A DNA stretch of 64,000 nt from Ignavibacteriota bacterium. GTDB taxonomy: Bacteria; Bacteroidota; Ignavibacteria; Palsa-1295. A program made the translations under genes and the position numbers. The notes below the pieces were generated by a model. That model saw only the letters and a program-made list of their open reading frames with translations, searched no databases and was not told the DNA's origin. Below, piece by piece: positions 21,085 to 30,993 of the stretch; the first letter of the stretch is position 1, and each line of letters starts with the position of its first letter. The DNA lies in the NCBI GenBank assembly GCA_963787835.1, contig CAWBEI010000004.1, positions 256,001-320,000 on the forward strand. The letters are read 5' to 3'.

Positions 21085-22201
21085 TGGGATGGGTAGATTG
21101 TTCGTCTGTGATGCTGTTTGTGTGAACGGGAAATTCCAATGCCAGCCGTGCTTCAAACTCTCGTTCTGCATTTCCTCGGGCGTGCAGGGGAGCGGTTATC
21201 CGATTGAAGAAGTAGAGAAGAAAACCCATCAAGATAATGACCGGTACGAGAACCATCAATGCATCCGTTCCTGACAGTTCATCGGTTCCAACAAGATTGC
21301 CACTGGTTTTCGATGCAAATTGTTCGGGATTAAGATAAAGCGCAACGACGATAAAGCCGTTGTTGATGGCATGGGCCAACGCTCCGGTGAAAAGATTGTT
21401 TGTCCGGTAGGTCATCCAGCCAAGCGCAAGGCCCAATGCGAGAAGTCCGGGAAATTTAAACACACTTCCGTGAACCAGTGCGAAAAAGATCGATGCGACA
21501 AGGAGCGCGATGTATGGGCGTGTACGCCGTTTGCCGCTTCGCTCGATGTTCGTCTGTGCAAAGCCGCGGAACAGCGTTTCTTCCGCGAGCGCAGGAACGA
21601 TCGCTACGAACAGCAGGATGAGGAGAAAATCCATTGGCCCGTGAGCTGTGACAAGCCCCTGAACGGAAGCATCACTGGCGCTTTCGTATTGATCGAGAGT
21701 GTGGTAAAGGCTCGGAAACAATTTCCAAACATGTTCACCGAGCACGGAAATTGCACTACCGCCTAATTGTGCAACGAGGATGATCGGAACAGCAAGAAGA
21801 TAAGCTTGAACCGGAGTTTCATGGAATCCTTCCAACCGGAATATGGCAAACAGATTCTGGCGGGCAGCGCTCGAAAGATAGACTGTCCCACAGAGAAGGA
21901 CTATTAGTTCGGCAAGCCCGTTGATCGAAAGGGCTGCAAGAGGGTGCTGCTCAACTTGCGTGCCGACCGCAGCAATCATCACCATGCTTCCAAGCGCCTG
22001 AAACACGATGAATAGCCCAGCAACAATTAACAGCACCGATGGGAGCGTAAAGTAACCATTGTTTATCCAACCATTTCTTGATATGGAATAGATGAGTGTG
22101 CCCACCAGCGCTAAGAAGACGGTTGCGCAGATCGCCAATAGTTCGACCGAGGAAGTTGAAAGTATCAGATACATGTGAATGCCGATCTTATTTTCGAGCA
22201 A
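21077..22201 (-). CDS. CPBP (CAAX/Abi) family intramembrane metalloprotease
   Basis: PALAEETLFRG, FFALVH, AHAINN motifs; multiple TM helices; true start may be 22174. Confidence 0.9.
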   Translation of the reverse strand: MLENKIGIHMYLILSTSSVELLAICATVFLALVGTLIYSISRNGWINNGYFTLPSVLLIVAGLFIVFQALGSMVMIAAVGTQVEQHPLAALSINGLAELIVLLCGTVYLSSAARQNLFAIFRLEGFHETPVQAYLLAVPIILVAQLGGSAISVLGEHVWKLFPSLYHTLDQYESASDASVQGLVTAHGPMDFLLILLFVAIVPALAEETLFRGFAQTNIERSGKRRTRPYIALLVASIFFALVHGSVFKFPGLLALGLALGWMTYRTNNLFTGALAHAINNGFIVVALYLNPEQFASKTSGNLVGTDELSGTDALMVLVPVIILMGFLLYFFNRITAPLHARGNAEREFEARLALEFPVHTNSITDEQSTHPNE

Positions 22202-23207
22202 TCACGATCTCTTTCTTTTTTGCAGCCGATTGATAGATCGCTTCGACCACGGTCATGCGTTTCGCGGCTTCCTGACCGGTTGATACAACCGGTACGATCC
22301 CTTTTACTGAATTAACGAAATATCGAAGTTCGTTTTCGTACGATTTTTTATACAGTGCAACAGGGGTTTGTGTTTTTGCGGGAGTAAGATTAATGAGGTT
22401 GCCATGGACCCGCTTCATTACCTTGAGTGGATTGATGAATGCGCTTCCATCATTGCCATAGACATTGCAGTAATAGAAATCGCTCTCGCGTTGGAAGGTC
22501 CAGCTCACTTCTGAAGTGAACGTGATATCTCCAGCGAGGCGAATGAAGATCGCGGCAGAATCTTCCACGGTTTTCGTGTGAAGATGATACGTGCTTGCAC
22601 TTACTGTTTGCACATCCGGGTAATCGAGGAGCCACAAGCCGAGATCCAGCATTGCAATGCCAAGATCAAGAATGACGCCGCCACCAGATTTCTCTTTTTG
22701 CTGATGCCAGGGCGAGGTACTTGATTGTTGTTTCAGCCAGCCCGATTTGATATAGAAAACCTTGCCAAGCTCCTTTTTATCAATGAAGGTCTTCAACATC
22801 ATCGTATCAGGGCGGAAGCGGTTGTTCATTCCAACCATGAGTTTACGCCCGTACAATTCAGCAGAAGCAACCATATCCCTCGCTTCTTTTGCGGTCCGCG
22901 AAATGGGTTTTTCGACGAGGACATCGTACCCATTTTCCATTGCCTGAATGGCAAGAGGCCGGTGTGTATCGGTCGGGGTGCAAATATCGACGGCGTGGAG
23001 ATCATTGGCGACCGCTGACGCGAGTAGATCACCCATGGAAGTGAAAAAGTTTGGAACGTGGTAGCGAGCCGCAATAGCGCTTGCCTTGCGCTTATCCGGA
23101 TCGACGACAGCCACGATCTCCACATCTGGCATGTGTTCGAGTACCGGCAGGTGAACGATCTGCGCGACATTTCCGCAACCTATGAGAGCAAGCTTTATCT
23201 TTTCCAT
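22188..23207 (-). CDS. Gfo/Idh/MocA family oxidoreductase
   Basis: IGCGNVA Rossmann motif, VLVEKP, SGGGVILDLG. Confidence 0.92.
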   Translation of the reverse strand: MEKIKLALIGCGNVAQIVHLPVLEHMPDVEIVAVVDPDKRKASAIAARYHVPNFFTSMGDLLASAVANDLHAVDICTPTDTHRPLAIQAMENGYDVLVEKPISRTAKEARDMVASAELYGRKLMVGMNNRFRPDTMMLKTFIDKKELGKVFYIKSGWLKQQSSTSPWHQQKEKSGGGVILDLGIAMLDLGLWLLDYPDVQTVSASTYHLHTKTVEDSAAIFIRLAGDITFTSEVSWTFQRESDFYYCNVYGNDGSAFINPLKVMKRVHGNLINLTPAKTQTPVALYKKSYENELRYFVNSVKGIVPVVSTGQEAAKRMTVVEAIYQSAAKKKEIVIARK

Positions 23208-23275
23208 TCCACAAAAATACTCAATTGCCTGCCCTCATGTCGCAGAGCGTTCAATTTTTCTGATCTATGATCCTA

Positions 23276-25936
23276 TTATTCCTTGACAATTCGCTTGCAG
23301 ATTACCTGGTCGCCGATCTGCGCGCGAACGATGTAAGTGCCTGTAACGAGCGAACTTGTCTGTAACTCTTTTGAGCCTTCGAGGTGAAATTGATTAACCG
23401 AACGCCCTAACACATCAAGGACGGTAACATCGGCGAACGGTGCTCCATCGAGCCTCACGGTGGCATCTCCACTTGTGGGATTCGGGAACACTGAAAACGA
23501 AATTGGATTTAGCACTTCACCGACTACACCCAATGGAGGAGTGTAACTGAAGTTATAGATCGTAGAGTTGTTAGCGACATCGAATGCTCTAATAGAGAAC
23601 GTTGCAGGTTGGGTAAGATCCTCAATACTATCCTTGATATCAAATGAGCCTTCGCCAAGCGTGATCTTCAGATTCGAGTCTCCAATGCTGACGTTTTCCG
23701 CATTCGAGACTGTTATGGAACGCAAGCCCCGATCCCACGGGCCGGCATCCTGAATTGCAATATTCAGCACATAGGGTTTAGTAGAAAGAGTATCCACGGT
23801 AATAGTGGGCGTGCTTGTATCGGGTATCGTGCAGTACATAAAGCTCATGGTCTGAAGGTTTAAGGCAGAGTCTTCGACCAAAACGGTTCCAGATCCATCT
23901 TGAAATGAATCGATCACGCAAACACTGAAGCTAACGGTGTCCGACCCTTTCACGAAGTTGAGAGTGTCTAATTCCATGTTTTTCATTGCGAGTGGTGTCA
24001 AGGAGTCGATTGGGCTTTTTAATACCACGTTATTTACCGTTGTTCCGGGGTCGATCGCTAAGACGGTTGTGCATTGTGAATTACATTGGCTGGTATCGTC
24101 GCTGGGGGTTCTCGATACAACGGTCATGGTAGGCGATGTAGTATCGGAGGGGATCCAGAGCGAACCATCCATTCGGATGAGCTGGCAATAAATCGCAGGA
24201 CTTCCGCTTCTAAAATCAGTCCAAGCGACAATACCGCCATCGGTTCTGGGGATGAGGCACGGTTGTTTGGCCGTCCACTGCTTTGTAGGACTATTGCCAC
24301 TGATCGCCAGCCCCCACGCATTGTGAGTTCCAGGGGTTGGGAAATATTTTTTACCAGTACGGTCAATGCGTTGCGCATAGATCATCGTGTCAACTCCATC
24401 CCATGCATCATCCCAGACTGAAAGGACACCAGTTTGTGAGCCGCCGTTCGTTGGGTCGGTTATTTTGACCGCTTGCATTTCATTATGCATGTTAGGTTTT
24501 TGTTCGAAGAACCAAAAGCCGTTTCCGCTTTGCGGCAAAAGGTCGCTACCATCACCCAGAACGCGCACCATGGCAATATCATAATTGGTGGAGGAGCCGG
24601 GCTCCTGATCGGCGAACGGAACCAGTGCGCCATTGGCACCAAACACTACAGAATCATCACCAAAGATCTGGGGGGTAATTTGGTTTTGGATCTGGTCGCT
24701 GGAGACATCGACTGCCTCCGTTGGGCTGCCCCATAAAAACGCTGTATCCATCGGAGTACTGCAGGACATACGCTGTGCATAGATCTCCTGGCTGTTGTTA
24801 TTTTCATTGAATACTTGCCAGGTAAGTAGAAGCTGGTTGCCATCTCGATTCAGAGTCACATTTCTTGAATAATCCGAGGTGTTAAGGTTAATGTAGAACT
24901 GAAACCCCGGTTGAGGAGCCGGATCCCACAGTGCGGTGCATGTACTATCGAGGTGTGTTCCATAAATGGAATTTGGCACCGTTCCAGAGTTTGTCCAGGC
25001 TAGAAAACATCCTCCTTGGCCATCATTTACAAGGGAGGGCCCTGTCTGCTTTTGGACCGCCGTATCAATAGGAAGTCCGGTCAAGTTCCCGACGAAGTAA
25101 GCACCGTATGTAGCAGGATCGGGATACGTCTTCAGGGAGATCTGTGTATCGGAGAGCACGGACGCGATCTCGTAAGAACCCTTTCCCGAAATTGTGAGGT
25201 CGAGACCTATCATATAGCATTTGAAGTGTGCGTTCGGATCATGGAAATCATACTCGTATTTGGGCTTAAAAAAGGTTCCAACGTTATTTTTTGTAAGAGT
25301 ACACTGTGTCCCAGTGGTGGTGAGGCCATATTTCACTCCATTCGACCACAGCCTGTTCATCCAGATGTCGGGCTGGGTTGTTGCATCGCACGCGCGGTTA
25401 TCTTCCCAGGCTACGTATGCACCGCCAGCCCCATCGTCACACAGTGTGGGGTTGTTGCATCCGTTGAGGCCAATACCAACCGGCAGACCAGAATCCGGAT
25501 AGGCGAGGGTGCCGTTAGCCAAAACGTGCTGAGCGTAAAGGCTGTTACCAGCATCGGTTTTCCGGCTATCGGTCCACACAACATACGCACCGCCATTGTC
25601 GTCCGATGTAATGATGGGGTTTGTCAGAGAGGGATTTCCACTTGGTACAGTTGCTAATCGTAGTCCGTTTCGGTTCCATCTGGGCCGGCCATTCTGGTCG
25701 ATATGCTGAGCGAAGATCTGATAAGTTCCATAACGGCCATCTTCCCATACAATGATGGCACCATTGTTGCCATCGGTGCAGCCCTGAGGATTATCCTGCT
25801 GCCCGATGGTATCACACACCGGAGTATTTTGCGAGGAATCCGGATGCCATTGTCCGAACGCTATGGACGGAGCAATGCAAAACATGATGCACATAATGGA
25901 AAAAAGTGGGAAGAGTCGAAAATTGCTGATCTTCAT
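23276..25936 (-). CDS. Secreted repeat (propeller-like) protein with T9SS C-terminal sorting domain
   Basis: Signal peptide; repeated DGxGGA(Y/I)V(V/A)WxDxR...IYAQ blades; Ig-like DTTSP/DTSTP segments; VFPNP...DVLG...GTYIV CTD. Confidence 0.82.
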   Translation of the reverse strand: MKISNFRLFPLFSIMCIMFCIAPSIAFGQWHPDSSQNTPVCDTIGQQDNPQGCTDGNNGAIIVWEDGRYGTYQIFAQHIDQNGRPRWNRNGLRLATVPSGNPSLTNPIITSDDNGGAYVVWTDSRKTDAGNSLYAQHVLANGTLAYPDSGLPVGIGLNGCNNPTLCDDGAGGAYVAWEDNRACDATTQPDIWMNRLWSNGVKYGLTTTGTQCTLTKNNVGTFFKPKYEYDFHDPNAHFKCYMIGLDLTISGKGSYEIASVLSDTQISLKTYPDPATYGAYFVGNLTGLPIDTAVQKQTGPSLVNDGQGGCFLAWTNSGTVPNSIYGTHLDSTCTALWDPAPQPGFQFYINLNTSDYSRNVTLNRDGNQLLLTWQVFNENNNSQEIYAQRMSCSTPMDTAFLWGSPTEAVDVSSDQIQNQITPQIFGDDSVVFGANGALVPFADQEPGSSTNYDIAMVRVLGDGSDLLPQSGNGFWFFEQKPNMHNEMQAVKITDPTNGGSQTGVLSVWDDAWDGVDTMIYAQRIDRTGKKYFPTPGTHNAWGLAISGNSPTKQWTAKQPCLIPRTDGGIVAWTDFRSGSPAIYCQLIRMDGSLWIPSDTTSPTMTVVSRTPSDDTSQCNSQCTTVLAIDPGTTVNNVVLKSPIDSLTPLAMKNMELDTLNFVKGSDTVSFSVCVIDSFQDGSGTVLVEDSALNLQTMSFMYCTIPDTSTPTITVDTLSTKPYVLNIAIQDAGPWDRGLRSITVSNAENVSIGDSNLKITLGEGSFDIKDSIEDLTQPATFSIRAFDVANNSTIYNFSYTPPLGVVGEVLNPISFSVFPNPTSGDATVRLDGAPFADVTVLDVLGRSVNQFHLEGSKELQTSSLVTGTYIVRAQIGDQVICKRIVKE

Positions 25937-26161
25937 AGCTGATGCAAGGATAAGGTTTTAGGATGAGGATGAAAGTAAGGGGATGTCTCAAGACTACAAA
26001 ACGATACCGAGGATAAGTCGGGGAAACTTCCGAAGGTTATTTAAAGAAATTCATAGTCCTTTAATACTTTATATCCCATATTACACGATTTCATAACAAT
26101 TAATTCAACGTCAGACATAATTTTCTTAAAGAACGGCGGCGTAGTCGTGCGAGCGTAGTAT

Positions 26162-27868
26162 TTAACTCTTTTTGAATTGCACCGCTTTCCACTTTAAGAA
26201 AAGTGGCTTGCATTTATTCCGTTGATATTTTCCCGTGCTCGTGACGGGTATTTCGTTACCGAATACCACGACTTTGGGCGATTTAGAAAATGGCAGGAAC
26301 GCGTGACAGTGTGTCAAGACTTCCTCGGCACTCACCGCGGGCCCTTCGACCGGTTGGACATAAGCGCCGATTTCCTCACCATAAAAATCATTCTCGAATC
26401 CAACGGCGATCGCGGCCTTGACTTTTGGGCATTTTGCAAGCACCTCATCAATTTCAAGCGGGGAAATGTTGACTCCGCCACGAATGATTAGCTCCTTAAT
26501 TCGACCCGTGATAAAGAAAAATTTTCGCCCGGTCGCATCCATTTCATAAAAACCTTCGTCACCCGATCGAAACCAGCCGTAGCTAAAGGTATTCTCATTC
26601 GCCTCATCATTTTCATAATAATATTTCATGACGTTCTCACCTCGGATCGCGATCTCACCTTTTTCACCGGGGGCAAGTTCTCGGCCCGATTCATCGGCGA
26701 TCATCATTTCATTTTGTGGAATTGCCACGCCGATCGAAGGATAGCCATGTGCGCGCATCCAATGCCGATGTTCTTCTTCTGAAAGGTCAATTGGAAGAAA
26801 GCACGAATAACACGTCGTTTCACTTAGGCCATATCCATGCATGATCGGGATACTGAAGATATCTTCGAATTGTGCACCAAGCTCCACGGTAAGCGGTCCC
26901 GCGCCGCAGATAATGTGCCTCAGTGTTGCTCGCTGAGCGTTCATTGATTCGAGCAAAGCGGGTTGGGATTTATAATATTCTATCAAGAATGCAAGTAATG
27001 TTGGAACTACGCTGACGACATTCACTCGCTCGCGTTCAATGCGCTCGAAAAAGTGCTCGGACTGAAATTTTTGGTTCAGCACGACCGTCCCGCCAAAATA
27101 CATTGGCGTCACAAGCGTCACAACAGTGCCGTTAACGTGATGAATAGGAAGTACACACATCATACGCTGTGAGTTTTTCATTCCGTGCCATTCGGTTATG
27201 CCTTTTGCATCCGCAAGTAAATTGCGCTGAGTGAGCACGACGCCCTTGGGATTGCCGGTTGTTCCACTGGTATAAACGATCAGGGCTTCATCTTCGATGG
27301 TTACGGCTTCGTCACTGGAAAAAAAAGGGTTGGCGCTTTCTATTTCCTCTTCAAAGTTTCCAGAGCCACAAAGTAGGACGGAGTGGACGGAGTGGACGGA
27401 GTGGACGGGTTGGATAATCGGAGAGATTCGAATTCCATAATCCTGTCTGAGAAATACGAGCTTTGCCTTGCTGTTTTCAAGGATATATCGAATTCGGTTG
27501 TCATCTTCGGAAAGGCTTACGGGAACCACACATGCACCCATCAGCCAGGCTGCAAAATATTGGATCACCGTATCCGAATGGTTATGGCTTATTGTCGCAA
27601 CCCGGTCTCCACGCCGGAGGCCATGCGAGCGCATCACGTTTGCGCATCTTCCGACGAGATCGAAGAATTCTTTGAAGCTGAATGAAGTCCTGTATCCTTG
27701 AAGATCATAATAGATAAGATAGGGCTTCGTATCGTAAGCACGAGCGTGCTTGAAGAGAAGTTCGCCAATGTTTTGATACTCGCTCGCTGTTTCAAGACCG
27801 TTCGAAACACGGCGGGCACTCGATATCTTTTTGAGGATTGCTTCAGATAACATACCGCAAGCAACCAA
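26162..27868 (-). CDS. Class I adenylate-forming enzyme (acyl-CoA synthetase family)
   Basis: YTSGTTGNPKG, GYGLSET, WFRSGD, GRIKELIIRGG, TSTGK; start uncertain (27853 plausible). Confidence 0.92.
   Translation of the reverse strand: MVACGMLSEAILKKISSARRVSNGLETASEYQNIGELLFKHARAYDTKPYLIYYDLQGYRTSFSFKEFFDLVGRCANVMRSHGLRRGDRVATISHNHSDTVIQYFAAWLMGACVVPVSLSEDDNRIRYILENSKAKLVFLRQDYGIRISPIIQPVHSVHSVHSVLLCGSGNFEEEIESANPFFSSDEAVTIEDEALIVYTSGTTGNPKGVVLTQRNLLADAKGITEWHGMKNSQRMMCVLPIHHVNGTVVTLVTPMYFGGTVVLNQKFQSEHFFERIERERVNVVSVVPTLLAFLIEYYKSQPALLESMNAQRATLRHIICGAGPLTVELGAQFEDIFSIPIMHGYGLSETTCYSCFLPIDLSEEEHRHWMRAHGYPSIGVAIPQNEMMIADESGRELAPGEKGEIAIRGENVMKYYYENDEANENTFSYGWFRSGDEGFYEMDATGRKFFFITGRIKELIIRGGVNISPLEIDEVLAKCPKVKAAIAVGFENDFYGEEIGAYVQPVEGPAVSAEEVLTHCHAFLPFSKSPKVVVFGNEIPVTSTGKYQRNKCKPLFLKWKAVQFKKS
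27376..27408. repeat. In-frame 9-bp tandem repeat (GGACGGAGT)x3.7 encoding VHSVHSVHSV
   Basis: GGACGGAGT GGACGGAGT GGACGGAGT GGACGG inside the acyl-CoA synthetase CDS. Confidence 0.85.
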
Positions 27869-27903
27869 TTTGAACCTGAAATAAACTCCCGACGAAGATT
27901 CGT

Positions 27904-28557
27904 TCAGTGATTAACGAATCGCCTCGACGGAGAAGAAGCAACGTGTCCCGTGGGCATTTCTCCGGCTCTTGCTGTAAATAGTGTGTGTAATACACCATCC
28001 TCATCCCACATCTCGCGCAGTTCATCGAAGGTCATGATCCGTTTGCCTGGATCGGGACGAGCGGGATCGAGGATAAATATTTTTCCCTCTTTTTCATCGT
28101 ACCCGAAAACGAGCATCGCGTGATACCACGTATGTGTATTAGTAACACGCGGTACTCGTATCGAAACGATCACAGGTCTTCCATCGTCGAGAGATTGCTC
28201 GATGGCTGAGATGGCATTATGAAAACCGGCACTATCGTTGTGCCATTGCCAACGGTCCCACGTATATCCAATTTTCTTAATTCCTTCCTGAACCTCTTCG
28301 AATGATGTTGTGCTAAACAGGTCTTTATGCTCATTCGAAAGCCGTTTGACCGTCCATTGGGATTTCCCTTCACCATAGAAATTCATTGCCATGGATACAC
28401 ACGTCGGTAAGCAAAGATCGGGACTCTGTTGCTCATGCATTATATCGAGATAAGCGTACTGACCCCGCACGATTGGTTTTGACGGCTGGGTAAATGCGGA
28501 GCTTGATAGTAAAAAAGTGGCTATTAAGCAAATAATGAACTTGAAAGTGGTTCGCAT
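27904..28557 (-). CDS. Secreted C39-like cysteine peptidase domain protein
   Basis: Signal peptide from ATG 28557; QQSPDLCLPTCVSM (Cys), GRPVIV, HAMLVFGYD (His), ILDP. Confidence 0.8.
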   Translation of the reverse strand: MRTTFKFIICLIATFLLSSSAFTQPSKPIVRGQYAYLDIMHEQQSPDLCLPTCVSMAMNFYGEGKSQWTVKRLSNEHKDLFSTTSFEEVQEGIKKIGYTWDRWQWHNDSAGFHNAISAIEQSLDDGRPVIVSIRVPRVTNTHTWYHAMLVFGYDEKEGKIFILDPARPDPGKRIMTFDELREMWDEDGVLHTLFTARAGEMPTGHVASSPSRRFVNH

Positions 28558-28680
28558 ACACAAATATACGGATTTTTGGAAAAAGAATCCAATTTTAAGT
28601 AATGATCTCAGCATTGCAACGAACCCTATTTTCACAATGTTTCCGTGCGTCTGTTCGCAAAACATGGCCAAGAGGCCGAA

Positions 28681-28765
28681 GCCGGAGTGGCGAAATTGGC
28701 AGACGCGCGAGACTTAGGATCTCGTATCGCAAGATGTGCAGGTTCAAGTCCTGTCTCCGGCACCA
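28681..28765 (+). tRNA. tRNA-Leu(TAG)
   Basis: GCCGGAG acceptor stem, CGAGA-CTTAGGA-TCTCG anticodon arm, long variable arm, GGTTCAAGTCC, encoded CCA. Confidence 0.96.
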
Positions 28766-28772
28766 TTCAATG

Positions 28773-28855
28773 AAGAATGAAAAATTAAGAATTTCGCTCG
28801 TACTGAGAAATCCTGATCGCTTAATTTTTCATTCTTAATGCTTAATTTTTAATTC
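28773..28855. repeat. AT-rich heptamer-family element with a 17-bp perfect inverted repeat
   Basis: AAGAATGAAAAATTAAG (28773-28789) / CTTAATTTTTCATTCTT (28820-28836); the right arm matches 38981-39000. Confidence 0.7.
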
Positions 28856-28859
28856 AAAA

Positions 28860-30141
28860 TTGACTGCTACTATCTACGAAAAAAGTCCGATCGCGCGGGA
28901 GCTTGAGATCAAGGTCGATGAAACCGAGCTTCAGGCGGCATTTGATGAAGCATACAAGACGATGCGGCCCCGCCTTTCGCTACCAGGATTTTCGTCCCGG
29001 CAAAGCGCCGATCGGTCTCGTAAAAAAATTGCATGGCGATGCCATCGAAGGCGATGCGCTCGAAAAACTCGCGCAGGATAAATTCCGGGAAGCTGCCGAA
29101 GAATATAAGATCGAGCCGCTCGGCGCTCCGGTCATGACCGATCTTCACCGACATGCCGGTGAGGGTGCTCATTTCAAGATCATGTATGAGGTCTCGCCGG
29201 AAATCGAGATCAAAGATTTCTCTGGAATGGAAGTTGAAAAGAAAACTCTGACCATTTCCGATACCGATGTAACGGATCGCATCGAGCGCCTGCGATTCGG
29301 ACTTGCTGAGCGAGAGCCGACTGCGAAAGTGGAAGATGCTCATACCATCGTCAAACTCGAGATGCGAGAGATGGATGTCCCCGAAGGAGCCGAACCCGGC
29401 AAATCGGAGCAGACCGAAGTGTACCTCGCTGATCCGGAGATCATCCCGGAATTACGAAACGGGATCGTTGGTGAGGAAGTCGGGGTGCAACTCATTCTTA
29501 CACTACCGCAACGCAAACGCGAGCCCGGCACCGATCTTATGAAGGAAGAAATTGGCCGCGTCGAAGTAACGGTGCTCGAAGCCCAGCGAGTCCTGCTTCC
29601 TCCGCTTGACGAATCGCTTATCAAGAAGATATCCGAGGATAAACTTTCGACAGAAGAAGAATTGCGGAATGAAATCCGTAATGGTTTGGAACAATCGGCG
29701 GCCAAAAAGTCTGAAGAAGACTTAGAAGAGCAAATTGTTTCCAAGCTTATGGAAATGCACCCATTTGAAGTTCCGCGAACGATCTCGAATGCCATTCTTG
29801 GCCAGATGATCGAAGAGCGCGAGCAGGAGAATGTACGACGTGGATTCCCCGCAACGTACGGAGTCGATGATGCTCAATTCCGCGAGCAATACAGGCCCGT
29901 TGCCGATGCACGAGCTAAATGGATGCTTCTGCGCGAGAAACTGATCGAATCAGAAGCTATTGAAGCGACTGACGAAGACCTCGATAAACTTGCCGAGGAA
30001 GAATCAGCCAAATATGGCCTTACAAAGGAGAACTTGCTGAAGTATTATCATAAGCACGATTCTATCTCGAACCGAATCATCAGCGATAAACTTGGCGCCC
30101 GTTTGCGGGAAAAAGTAAAGATCGTCGAGGCGGCTGTCTGA
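28860..30141 (+). CDS. tig: Trigger factor (split by an extra T near 28990, probably a sequencing error)
   Basis: Removing one T from GGATTTTCGT restores the LPGFRPGKAP ribosome-binding signature; tRNA-Leu-tig-clpP synteny. Confidence 0.92.
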
Positions 30142-30176
30142 ACCAGGATTTATGGGATTATTGGGATTTATGGGAT
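30139..30176. repeat. GGAT 9-bp-periodic repeat overlapping the tig stop codon
   Basis: TGAACCAGGATTTATGGGATTATTGGGATTTATGGGAT; shares the GAACCRGGATT head with the element at the end of accD. Confidence 0.6.
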
Positions 30177-30245
30177 GTTTTCCATTAAGTACAATAATTT
30201 TTTCACGTGCTCGTCAGTAGTTTAGGTCAATCACACTAAATTTTT

Positions 30246-30989
30246 ATGTCTGATATCAGAAACCCTTACACCGAAATGCAAATGGCTCTTGTGCCAATGG
30301 TCGTCGAGCAGACGCCGCGTGGCGAGCGAGCCTTCGATATTTATTCACGCCTTTTGAAGGAGCGCATCGTCTTCATCGGAACCCCGATCGATGACAACGT
30401 CGCGTCGTTGCTAATCGCCCAGCTTCTATTCCTCGAATCGGAAGATCCCGATCGCGACATTAATATTTATATCAATTCCCCCGGCGGTTCCGTCTCGGCG
30501 GGGCTTGCGGTCTATGACACGATGCAGTACATCAAGCCCGATTGCGCCACGATCTGCCTCGGGATGGCGGCTTCCATGGCCTCGCTCCTGCTCGCAGGTG
30601 GCGCAGCAGGAAAGCGTACCGCGCTGCCTCATTCGCGCATCATGATCCACCAGCCGCTCGGCGGAACCCAAGGGCAGGCGACCGATATCGAGATTTACAC
30701 CCGCGAAATGCTCCGCGTTCGTGAGGATCTCTATGGAATTTATTCCTATCACACCGGCAAACCCATCGAACAAATTGCCAAGGATGCCGAGCGCGATAAC
30801 TACATGTCGCCGGAGCAGGCGAGAGACTATCGCCTGATCGACAACATCATGTCGAAGAGCGCCCTCAAGGAACTTGGCGGAGGAGTTCGCTTACCGCTTA
30901 CGGCTGCCGTGGAAACCTTGAACGAGAAGATTGATGCGGGCGAGCCAGTGCCGCAGGCTTCTACCGGTTCCCGAAGTTCCGGAGCGTAA
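30246..30989 (+). CDS. clpP: ATP-dependent Clp protease proteolytic subunit with C-terminal extension
   Basis: [47 protein letters not shown]. Confidence 0.97.
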   Translation: MSDIRNPYTEMQMALVPMVVEQTPRGERAFDIYSRLLKERIVFIGTPIDDNVASLLIAQLLFLESEDPDRDINIYINSPGGSVSAGLAVYDTMQYIKPDCATICLGMAASMASLLLAGGAAGKRTALPHSRIMIHQPLGGTQGQATDIEIYTREMLRVREDLYGIYSYHTGKPIEQIAKDAERDNYMSPEQARDYRLIDNIMSKSALKELGGGVRLPLTAAVETLNEKIDAGEPVPQASTGSRSSGA

Positions 30990-30993
30990 TTCT

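Noticed and set aside
28975-29010. Frameshift in tig as a programmed frameshift or pseudogene
   Set aside because: A single extra T in a T-run falls inside the universally conserved GFRPGK motif of an otherwise intact gene; a homopolymer sequencing error is far more likely.
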